Positions 10,312 to 18,481 of a stretch of DNA of 59,501 bases are shown piece by piece. Origin of the DNA: Candidatus Heimdallarchaeota archaeon (lineage in GTDB: Archaea > Asgardarchaeota > Heimdallarchaeia > Heimdallarchaeales > Heimdallarchaeaceae). The position numbers and the translations under genes are program-made. Within the stretch, counting starts at the first letter, position 1, and every line of letters begins with the position of its first letter. The notes beneath the pieces are model-generated. The model saw only the letters and a list, made by a program, of their open reading frames with translations, was not told the DNA's origin and ran no database searches. The DNA is taken from assembly GCA_019057375.1 (NCBI GenBank), contig DXJF01000094.1:1-59501 (forward strand). Reading direction: 5' to 3'.

Positions 10312-10509
10312 ATGGCGAAAATACACCATTACAGAGAAGGAAAGCTAGTAGTGGAAGAGGAGAAAGAAGAAGAGTATTCAGAATACAAACTAGACACAAT
10401 ATACATAGAATCGTTCAAGACGTTTTTTGCAACAATAGAAGAACAAACGACAGAATCAAGATGGATACCAAAGAAAGTGGTGTCGAAAGAATTAAAAATA
10501 ACGAAATAG
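10312..10509 (+). CDS. Hypothetical small acidic protein
   Basis: 65-aa ORF with purine-rich coding-like composition; no recognisable motif. Confidence 0.3.
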   Translation: MAKIHHYREGKLVVEEEKEEEYSEYKLDTIYIESFKTFFATIEEQTTESRWIPKKVVSKELKITK

Positions 10510-10650
10510 TACATCAAAGCATTGAAAGAGGGGAGATTAGAATGAGGGAAAAAAGAAAAGAAAACAAGTAAAATTAACAAATTATATGACAATAAACTTA
10601 TAACCAGATTAAAGATAAATTCAAAAAAGTTCTTTACTAGGTTCTAATTT

Positions 10651-10870
10651 ATGCGTAGTAGTGTTGGATAATAAACTTCAATCCATCTTCATACAAGATG
10701 GTAAAAGAAGAATGAAGAATGGTTCCTTGTTGTTGGATGGAAGGCCACAAAAAAAGAAAACAAAAATTATTATCGCAACTTTGGAATTGAAATAGCTTTC
10801 AGGTTAGTCAAGACTCTCCATATCTCTACCCCCTCTCGATACTCAGCAGTCCGTTTTTTATATCCCTACC
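10651..10870 (+). pseudogene. IS4-superfamily (ISH3-like) transposase remnant
   Basis: Own translation with in-frame stops: MRSSVG**TSIHLHTRW*KKNEEWFLVVGWKATKKENKNYYRNFGIEIAFRLVKTLHISTPSRYSAVRFLY. Y-x6-E-x6-K matches YREK spacing, with the Arg lost. Confidence 0.6.
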
Positions 10871-11156
10871 TCCGTTCTCATCGTTTTATAGAATGCTATG
10901 CTCCATTTATCTATCCTCTACCAATTCTTTACTACTTCCCTAATCTTCATTACCTTCTGTAAAACAGGTTCAATCACCTTTTATCAAATCTGTATATGTT
11001 TTCGGCATCTTCTAGAAGAAGGTGATACAGGTAGCACTCATTGAGGAAGTACTAAGTTGTAGATAAAGTTTAAATATGTAAATAAACCTCGTATAGGCAG
11101 TATACTGTTTGTAGAAAACAAAATTGAAAAACAGTATAGACGGAGGAAATTAAACT

Positions 11157-12290
11157 ATGAAAAAAAAACAATATAGATTAGCTTTTTTTGTTTTTTTTAC
11201 AATTGTATTTCTTAGTAGCACAATTCTCATTAAAGAAGTAAGAGCTACATCAACCACTATCCAGAAACCTACTAATGGTCAACAATTTAACAGTCTCTTA
11301 AATGGTGATTATATCACTTTCAAATTCATCATCGTTGGTTCATATCAATCATATAAAACATATATTGATGGACAGTTAGATTACTCTCTCCATCATGTAG
11401 GAGTAAATATTCAATATGATGCAAGGAACTTTATAGATAAGTACGGTAGAGGATTACATACTTTTACTGTTTCAGTTTCAGTCAGTGGGGGTCCTAGTCC
11501 TTTTAGCATAACTACTCAAAGTGTTGTTATGGATAGTGTATCATTCACAGTAGATCCACCCATGTGTCATTTCGTTGGTTTTGGATTTGATTTCGATGAT
11601 GAATATTCTTGGCAATATAGATGGAGAAGTAATATAGAACCATTTAGAGATATGCTTCTAAGCGATAGGGCGAAATACATCCCTGGTTATTTCGCTACTC
11701 ATTATGATTGGGACGATGATGATGTAATTAGTATATTAGATACTTTAGATACAAAAGAAAAACAAAAAGACATTGTAGTAGTTCTATTTTCCGCACATGG
11801 ACATGCTGTGCTTCCCCCACCAGATGCTGATGCGTGGACACATTCTCATACAACCACATGGTTTCATGAATTAGGGTGGACACCTTACTATAAGGGTGTT
11901 GCTGCTATCGAACTGAAAGGTTGGTTATTTGATTTAGAAACCGATAACTTAGTATATATTATGGATTGCTGCCATTCAGAAGGTTTTCTCTACGAAGGAC
12001 TAGATTTAACCAACAAAAAGCATGTGATGGTAGCTAGTGAGTGGGACGAATCTGCTTGGCATCAGCAAAAGAGTTATGATCCTAGTTGGTCACTAAGTGG
12101 TAGAATACTTTTTATGTCTAGTCCTTTTCTACGACATATGTGTATGGAGTTCTATTTTGATTGTTCTGATACAGACACAGCGTTTGATCATGCTTATAAT
12201 TGGATTATTACAAACCATCCAGAATGGGATCAACATCCAATGGATTTCAACGATTTGCAGACAGCGCTTTACTTATGTCACCCAACATAA
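11157..12290 (+). CDS. Secreted protein: N-terminal beta/Ig-like region plus clan CD (caspase/metacaspase-fold) peptidase domain
   Basis: Signal-peptide-like N-terminus; VVLFSAHG and YIMDCCHS His/Cys dyad motifs; SD ggagg upstream. Confidence 0.65.
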   Translation: MKKKQYRLAFFVFFTIVFLSSTILIKEVRATSTTIQKPTNGQQFNSLLNGDYITFKFIIVGSYQSYKTYIDGQLDYSLHHVGVNIQYDARNFIDKYGRGLHTFTVSVSVSGGPSPFSITTQSVVMDSVSFTVDPPMCHFVGFGFDFDDEYSWQYRWRSNIEPFRDMLLSDRAKYIPGYFATHYDWDDDDVISILDTLDTKEKQKDIVVVLFSAHGHAVLPPPDADAWTHSHTTTWFHELGWTPYYKGVAAIELKGWLFDLETDNLVYIMDCCHSEGFLYEGLDLTNKKHVMVASEWDESAWHQQKSYDPSWSLSGRILFMSSPFLRHMCMEFYFDCSDTDTAFDHAYNWIITNHPEWDQHPMDFNDLQTALYLCHPT

Positions 12291-12306
12291 ATAAGAAGGT
12301 TGAATA

Positions 12307-13356
12307 ATGAAAAAGAAAAGAACATCTCTCATTTGCTTGTTCTTGGTCTTACTTGTTTCTTTCTATGTTCCTAATATAAAACTAGTGAATAGTACAGATA
12401 TTCCATCTATTTACTCTTTAATTACGATAGAACTAAATGGATTGACAAAGGAGAATCTTACTGCTCAACTTTTAATTTTCAATGAAACCAGTCAAACTTA
12501 TGAAGAGAATGAAATATTAAAAGATGGAATTGTTGAGGATTTGAACTGGTTATCTCATCAAATCTCTGGTTTAGATGACATTTTAGTCCATAATTTTAAT
12601 GATACCGTGTTACCCGGTAAAGTAGACTTCTTGTTAGCAAATGTCTCTTATGAGGATAAAAGCGTGTATGAACAAATATCTAATATGATTAACTCTGATA
12701 ATAACCGTTGGTGGTACGTAGAGACAGTAGTTCCTTCAATTATCCCTGCAGATGGACCTATCTCTGGTTATGCTTTTGCAAATCAAGCGCCACTTGATCT
12801 CACAGAATTTTCGACATTTAATGAAAGCCACTCTACAGGTAATGTGACTATTTTAGACTTCCGATCAAAGGATGGGATTATAGCATCAATGTTCATAAAT
12901 GATGGAGAAAAATGGATAGAAAATAGCGAATTTCGTGAAATTCTTGTTTCTAGCCTTCTCTCACTAAAAAATATGATATTTGAAATTGATAATCTTAGCA
13001 TGACTTGGCCAGAATCAAATTGGGCTGAGGAAGGAGATTTGCCTCTTCTTAATCTTTCAGAACCACTAGTCTTTAATGAAACATATTCTTTTTATTCAGA
13101 ATGTTTTGATCTAGGAGTGATAGATATTAAAATCTATTATAAGTCTGGTCTCACTGAAGATGAAATGAAGATAGTTCATAAAATCTTTGACATGGCCATT
13201 GCAAATAATTGGTATGTTAATAATTTCATAGGGCTTGCTTATTGTGGTAATAATACTGACTTCCCATTTATAGTACTTGGTTTACCTACTCTTATTTTTG
13301 CTTTATTAATACTAAATAGGAAAAAAAAGAGAGTAAAAACTATTGAATTACAATAG
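12307..13356 (+). CDS. Exported protein with C-terminal membrane anchor, unknown function
   Basis: Signal-peptide-like N-terminus, acidic Asn-rich body, C-terminal TM helix followed by RKKKR; starts 16 nt after the peptidase gene. Confidence 0.75.
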   Translation: MKKKRTSLICLFLVLLVSFYVPNIKLVNSTDIPSIYSLITIELNGLTKENLTAQLLIFNETSQTYEENEILKDGIVEDLNWLSHQISGLDDILVHNFNDTVLPGKVDFLLANVSYEDKSVYEQISNMINSDNNRWWYVETVVPSIIPADGPISGYAFANQAPLDLTEFSTFNESHSTGNVTILDFRSKDGIIASMFINDGEKWIENSEFREILVSSLLSLKNMIFEIDNLSMTWPESNWAEEGDLPLLNLSEPLVFNETYSFYSECFDLGVIDIKIYYKSGLTEDEMKIVHKIFDMAIANNWYVNNFIGLAYCGNNTDFPFIVLGLPTLIFALLILNRKKKRVKTIELQ

Positions 13357-13426
13357 ATTTTTAGTATTATTCACCTTTTATTTTTTTTAATACGGGCATG
13401 TGCCAAAACTTGTTGGAGTGAAATAG

Positions 13427-13822
13427 AACTCACCTAAGAGGAAAAGTCACCCTAGTGGAAGCGGAAACAAATCCTTACGCAGTCGAGTGCATAAGTGGTG
13501 TTATCGTCTCTTTATCACTAAACTGAAGCACAAACTTACTCGTTATGGATTTGAATCCCATCGAGTGGTAGCAATTGGAGAAAGTTGGACCTCGAAACGA
13601 TGTTCAAGGTGTAATTCACTTAACACCACCCGTACAGGACAAGGACAGTTTAATTGCCATGATTGCAACTACGAACTGGATGCTGATATGAACGGGGCAA
13701 AGAACATAGGTAAAAGGTTGATCCAATATGCTTTGCAGCCAAAGCATGGTTATACCAAGATTCGAGATATACTAACTGATGAGTCCATCCGACATCACTG
13801 TTCAAGTGTCTCCAGCCTTTAG
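13427..13822 (+). pseudogene. tnpB: 5'-truncated IS200/IS605/IS607-type TnpB (RuvC C-terminal half and Zn ribbon)
   Basis: HKWCYRLFITKL, ESWTSKRCSRC, FNCHDC and DADMNGAKNIG; the frame is closed by a TAG at 13424-13426, so the RuvC-I/II region is missing. Confidence 0.85.
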
Positions 13823-14175
13823 GTCAATGGCTTAAAGATTCTGCAAAGAATGCATCGTCTCTTTAGATTCGATGTGCTAGGTCGAGAATCAGTCTTCTAA
13901 TTAGTTTGATAGGTTCGGTAATGAGACCCTTAAGCAAGAAATGATTCCTTTGAATAGATTTACAGCATTGTATGTTTTTGTTCCAGAAGACCAGTAACTG
14001 CTACACTATGAATTGATTATTTTTTCATTTTGTGCAATTATGATACTATGCCTACCCTTTATTACGCTGGTTTAGGAGGAGTCTTGAAAGGACCTTCTTA
14101 AAAACTGTCAAAGGTTTTTGGGGAGAGAATAACTCATGACTTTGCGTAGATGATATCTGTCCTTGACCTACTGCA
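13820..14175 (+). ncRNA. Putative structured RNA downstream of tnpB (omega/reRNA candidate)
   Basis: Hand-found helices: 13820-13827 with 14163-14170; attct-GCAA-agaat; 13852-13875; 13892-13898 with 13985-13991; a 13-bp stem at 14071-14102. Confidence 0.5.
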
Positions 14176-14342
14176 ATATCCGTGCTAATTGACGCTCTTT
14201 CTCCTTCCTTCCTTTTTTTCAATAGTGTTTTTCTACTTAGCAGATTTGTTGTAGATGTTACAGAAACGGTTGAAAATGGAATAATTGTATAGATATTGTA
14301 TTTTATAGATTAATAAAAAATATTTGAGGAGATTTGTATCCC

Positions 14343-15323
14343 CTAACGCATTGTCAGTGCCATAACAGCTTTTTGAGCGTGCATCCTATTTTCAGCCTGA
14401 TCAAATACCACTGATTGAGGTCCATCCATGACTTCACTTGTGACTTCTACATCTCGATCAGCGGGAAGCGGGTGCATGTAAATCGCATCCTTGTCAGCTA
14501 GAGCCATCTTCTTAGAATCAGTAATCCAATTCTTGTATCTATCTTGAATCTTCTTACCTTCAGTTGGATCCTGTGTTGTAAGTAGGGGTCCCCAAGACTT
14601 TGCGTAAACTATATCTGCGTCTTTGAAACCTTCTCCCATAGAGTCAACTACCTCAAATTTGGTGCCAAATTTATCAGCCTGTTCTCGAGCTTGTTTCATA
14701 ATCTCCGGCATCAACTTAAATTCAGGTGGATGTGCCAAGGTGACGTCCAGCCCAAAACGGGGCATCTGTAAAATTAAAGATTGCGGAACTGAAATTGGTT
14801 TGAGGTATGAGGAAGCATATGCCCACGAAACCACTATCTTCTTTCCTCTTAAATCTCTACCTTTTTTCTCAATGATAGTCATGATATCAGCTAAGCATTG
14901 GTGGGGATGGTAAATATCACACTGCATATTCAAAACTGGTGAACGGGAAGCTGATGCTACATTGTTTATGTACTTATTCCCAATTCCCCAATCGCAATGA
15001 CGAATAGCGATACCATCATAGTACCTTCCAAGGATTTCTCCTAGTTCTTTTTCAGTGTCTCCATGAGAAACCTGAGTTGTACGACTCTCCAAAAATGTGG
15101 CTTGTCCTCCCAGCTGAGCCATTCCTGACTCAAAAGAAGCTCGAGTGCGTGTGCTAGAAAAGAAAAATAACATACAAAGAGTCTTATCTAAAAGCAAAGC
15201 ATGATGTTCACCTAGAGCTCTTCGTTTCTTAAGATCCCAAGCTACATCTAAGATTGTCTCTACTTCTTCTTTTGTAAAATCAAGATCACCGATTAAATCG
15301 CGACCTCGTAAATCAGATTGCAT
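14343..15323 (-). CDS. ygeW: YgeW-family (knotted) carbamoyltransferase
   Basis: SSTRTR, HPHQ and HPLPADR; the segment SWAYASSYLKPISVPQSL...RFGLDVTLAHP...DADIVYAKSW matches YgeW rather than OTCase. Confidence 0.8.
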   Translation of the reverse strand: MQSDLRGRDLIGDLDFTKEEVETILDVAWDLKKRRALGEHHALLLDKTLCMLFFFSSTRTRASFESGMAQLGGQATFLESRTTQVSHGDTEKELGEILGRYYDGIAIRHCDWGIGNKYINNVASASRSPVLNMQCDIYHPHQCLADIMTIIEKKGRDLRGKKIVVSWAYASSYLKPISVPQSLILQMPRFGLDVTLAHPPEFKLMPEIMKQAREQADKFGTKFEVVDSMGEGFKDADIVYAKSWGPLLTTQDPTEGKKIQDRYKNWITDSKKMALADKDAIYMHPLPADRDVEVTSEVMDGPQSVVFDQAENRMHAQKAVMALTMR

Positions 15324-15332
15324 TGTGATCGA

Positions 15333-16286
15333 CTACTCCTCTGCGCCTAATACCAAAGCTATGAGTGCCATACGCATTACTACACCATAAAATCCTTCTT
15401 GCCAGTAACGTGCCCAACGTGTTTGATCTACATCAGGAGGAATGTCATCCATACGTGGTAAGGAGTGAAGTAAAATTGCATCGGATTTTGCTTTAGTTTC
15501 TAGTAGTTCTTTAGTGATTTGGAATTCGGGGGGTGTTAATGCAACATCACCATCTCTTTCATCACGTGATTTGGTGTAATCGGGTTGGACTACTGGTTCA
15601 ACTAGAATCACATCGGCATCAGCGATAACTTCACGAACATCACTAGCTTCAGTAAAGTTTAAGCTATTGCGTTTGAAATCTTCTTTATATTCTTCGGGCA
15701 TTGCCATATCTTCTGGTGCAACAAAAGTAATTGGACAGTCAAATTGAGTTAAAGCATGTCCAAGTGAATGCATTGTTCTCATTCTCATATCACCTACAGC
15801 TACCCATTTCAATCCATCAATTTTTCCTTTTTCACGAAGGACTGTATAGAGATCAGTAAGGATTTGAGTTGGATGTTCTCCCCAGCCGTCACCACCATTA
15901 ATAATGGGAACACTTACCCATTTAGCTGCTTCTTGCGGAGCACCCTTCTGGAAGTGTCGCATAACGATGACATCTCCGTAATTTTCGAGCATTTTGAAGG
16001 TATCCTTAATGGATTCCATATAAAAATCGCCTGCGCGAGTCATTTTAGCGTCAGAAAATCCTGTCACCTTTCCACCCAATCGAAGCATAGCTGATTCGTG
16101 GGCTAATCGAGTCCTTGTAGAAGGTTGGTAAAAAGCTGTAACCATTGTTTTCTCTTTCAATAGATCAACATTTTTCCTATTGCGAGCTATTGGTTCTAAT
16201 TTTTTAGCAACCTCAAAAATTCGTTCAAATTCGTGACGTTCAAAGTCTTTTAATGAAATTATGTCACGTCCTTTAAAACTTCTCAT
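15333..16286 (-). CDS. Aspartate-carbamoyltransferase-like paralogue with altered substrate pocket
   Basis: PSTRTR, INGGDG..EHPTQ, RTMHSL and HSLPR are present; the MTRxQxER and S..KGE aspartate-binding motifs are absent. Confidence 0.85.
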   Translation of the reverse strand: MRSFKGRDIISLKDFERHEFERIFEVAKKLEPIARNRKNVDLLKEKTMVTAFYQPSTRTRLAHESAMLRLGGKVTGFSDAKMTRAGDFYMESIKDTFKMLENYGDVIVMRHFQKGAPQEAAKWVSVPIINGGDGWGEHPTQILTDLYTVLREKGKIDGLKWVAVGDMRMRTMHSLGHALTQFDCPITFVAPEDMAMPEEYKEDFKRNSLNFTEASDVREVIADADVILVEPVVQPDYTKSRDERDGDVALTPPEFQITKELLETKAKSDAILLHSLPRMDDIPPDVDQTRWARYWQEGFYGVVMRMALIALVLGAEE

Positions 16287-16298
16287 AATAATTCTCCT

Positions 16299-16339
16299 TT
16301 ATTGTTTAGACTAGCTTCTTTGAGCTAATCTTATTGTTT
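16299..16339 (-). promoter_or_regulatory. Leader hairpin flanked by a direct repeat, upstream of the transcarbamylase operon
   Basis: Minus strand: aaacaataa-gattagct-caaaga-agctagtct-aaacaataa-aggag...ATG (9-bp stem with one G-U pair). Confidence 0.4.
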
Positions 16340-16508
16340 TGCCAATACTAATTTTTCTTTTTAAACCTTTTTTTATGCTACTTGAGCTGAACTTATAACT
16401 GCTCTCCTAACCAGCGGACAATATAAAAAAGAAAATTTCCAGTGATAAATTTAGTTTTAACAATCATAACATGTTATGAATCACATTGAACGACTCAAAG
16501 AGATCCTT

Positions 16509-17042
16509 TCAGGTTTCGATTACATCACCAACATATCTAAATTGTCCAGGCCAGAAAAAGAATGCTTTAGACCGATCATAATCTTTGGCTAAATGAGCAG
16601 CTACTACTTCACCAACAAACCACGTATGCGTCCCCCCTAGATCAAGAGTATGAACAACCTTACATTCTAGATTAACAGGACATTCTTTTATTAGATATGA
16701 ACTTATTTTTGAAGCTTTTACGGGTGTAAGACCTGTTGCTTTAAATTTATCTTCAACATCTCTACCGGAAATTTTTCCGATATACTTCACATCATCTATA
16801 AGTTCAGTTGTGGGGATATTTATAGAATAATCCTTTACTTCTTTTAATAGTTCAAATGAATATCTTTTGGGAACAATTCCAATCATAATTAAAGGAGGAT
16901 TATCAAATGAAACCATGCTAATTGCAGCTAGGGTTATAAGATTTTTACCAATACACCCTATAACAATAGGAAAACCTGGTAAGGATAAAATACCCTTCTT
17001 ACCTGAAATAATTTCTTTATCAGAATTGTCCATTTCATTCAT
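16509..17042 (-). CDS. Flavin reductase family protein (FMN-binding split barrel)
   Basis: VSFDNPPLIMIGI, IGKISGRDVEDKF, ECPVNLECKV and GTHTWFVGEV motifs. Confidence 0.9.
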   Translation of the reverse strand: MNEMDNSDKEIISGKKGILSLPGFPIVIGCIGKNLITLAAISMVSFDNPPLIMIGIVPKRYSFELLKEVKDYSINIPTTELIDDVKYIGKISGRDVEDKFKATGLTPVKASKISSYLIKECPVNLECKVVHTLDLGGTHTWFVGEVVAAHLAKDYDRSKAFFFWPGQFRYVGDVIET

Positions 17043-17148
17043 TATGAATCCTCTTCTTTTGTGTTAATAAGTATATTCTCAAAAAATATTTAGCTTATTT
17101 CTTTTCTAAAAAGAAAATATTAATATGAGAGTATGAAAGTATTAGTTC

Positions 17149-18480
17149 GTGAAAAAGGATTTCAGATATAGCATGAGCCTTGTAAATGGTTCTGTATACC
17201 GTAATGGAAAATTTTATCTCGAAGACATATATATATCTGATCAAAAAATTACTAAAATTGTTCCTTCTGGAAAAACCCTACTGTGCAAAAAAATTGTAGA
17301 CTGTACAAATAAACTAGTCCTCCCTGGTTTCATTGATCCACATGTTCATATCAATCTAGATTTGGGTGAATTCAAATCAAGTGATGATTATGAAAGTGCT
17401 TCAAAAGCTGCAGCATTCGGTGGAATTACTACTTTTATTGATTTTCTTGAACCAATTAATAATATTGATGAATTTGATAAGAAGCTAATCCAGAAGCATA
17501 AAGAAGCTGAGAATTCCTATATAGATTATTCTTTCCACACAACAGTTGGAAACTACAAAGATGATGTTGAAAGGCTCATTGAGAAAACACATGAAAATGG
17601 TATCCCTTCGATAAAACTATTTACCACTTATTCTGAATCAAATCGTAAAATATCACTTGCTAAACTTCAAGAGTTTCTAAGTAATTCTAGTAAAACAGAT
17701 ACTCTGATATTAATTCACGCAGAAAATGATGAGATCATACTCAATGCAAATGTAGAAGATACTGTGGAGAGTTATGAAAGTTCTAGACCTGCAATTGCTG
17801 AGATATCAGAGATAAAAAATATCGCTAAGATTGCAGCTGATTGTGAAGGAAAGCTCTATATCGTTCATGTCACATGTGGATCATCTATTGAATTTCTGAA
17901 AGAAAATTATCAAGAATTACTAGGCAAAAATATTTTCATAGAAAGTTGTCCTCAATATTTTCATCTAACAAAAGATCTGTTCAATCAAGAAAATGGTAAC
18001 ATTTTCCTTCTTGCTCCACCTTTACGTTCATCAGAAGAACAGAAGAAACTTAAGGATAATATCTCCTCAATACACTCTATAGGAACTGATCACTGTCCGT
18101 TTACTAAAGAAGAGAAAATGCGATACAAAGAAGCTAGCAAAATACCTAAAGGATTAGGTAGTTTGGAATTTAGTTTTTCACTGATGTATTATCTTTTTGG
18201 TAATGATATCATAGATAAATTTACTATAAATCCTGCAAAGATTCACAATCTTTATCCCAAGAAAGGAATAATCCAAGTTGGTTCTGATGCTGATTTCGTC
18301 ATATTTGATCCTGTAAAAACACAGATGATTGAACTAGGTCATTCCCAATCAGATTATAATCCATTTGAAAGTATGGTTACAAATGGAATGATAGAATCAA
18401 CAATTCTTCAAGGAAAATTCGTAGTTAAAAACAGGAAATTCGTTGGTGGAAAGAGAGGTCAATTTATTAAAAGAAAATAG
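17149..18480 (+). CDS. hyuA: Cyclic amidohydrolase (dihydropyrimidinase/hydantoinase, HyuA-like)
   Basis: PGFIDPHVH, AAAFGGITT, SIKLF (carboxylated Lys), IHAE, VHVT and GTDHCPF motifs. Confidence 0.85.
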   Translation: MKKDFRYSMSLVNGSVYRNGKFYLEDIYISDQKITKIVPSGKTLLCKKIVDCTNKLVLPGFIDPHVHINLDLGEFKSSDDYESASKAAAFGGITTFIDFLEPINNIDEFDKKLIQKHKEAENSYIDYSFHTTVGNYKDDVERLIEKTHENGIPSIKLFTTYSESNRKISLAKLQEFLSNSSKTDTLILIHAENDEIILNANVEDTVESYESSRPAIAEISEIKNIAKIAADCEGKLYIVHVTCGSSIEFLKENYQELLGKNIFIESCPQYFHLTKDLFNQENGNIFLLAPPLRSSEEQKKLKDNISSIHSIGTDHCPFTKEEKMRYKEASKIPKGLGSLEFSFSLMYYLFGNDIIDKFTINPAKIHNLYPKKGIIQVGSDADFVIFDPVKTQMIELGHSQSDYNPFESMVTNGMIESTILQGKFVVKNRKFVGGKRGQFIKRK

Positions 18481-18481
18481 T

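Larger units (their letters stand above)
8915..14327. mobile_element. Accessory island separating ygeW from arcC
   Basis: Holds transposase, TnpB and nuclease remnants plus orphan genes. It is flanked by an 11/15 direct repeat (8900-8914 vs 14328-14342) placed at the arcC start and immediately after the ygeW stop. Confidence 0.6.

Noticed and set aside
16290-16500. Purine/xanthine riboswitch upstream of the transcarbamylase operon
   Set aside because: I found no match to the conserved purine-riboswitch junction and loop nucleotides; only a simple hairpin is present.
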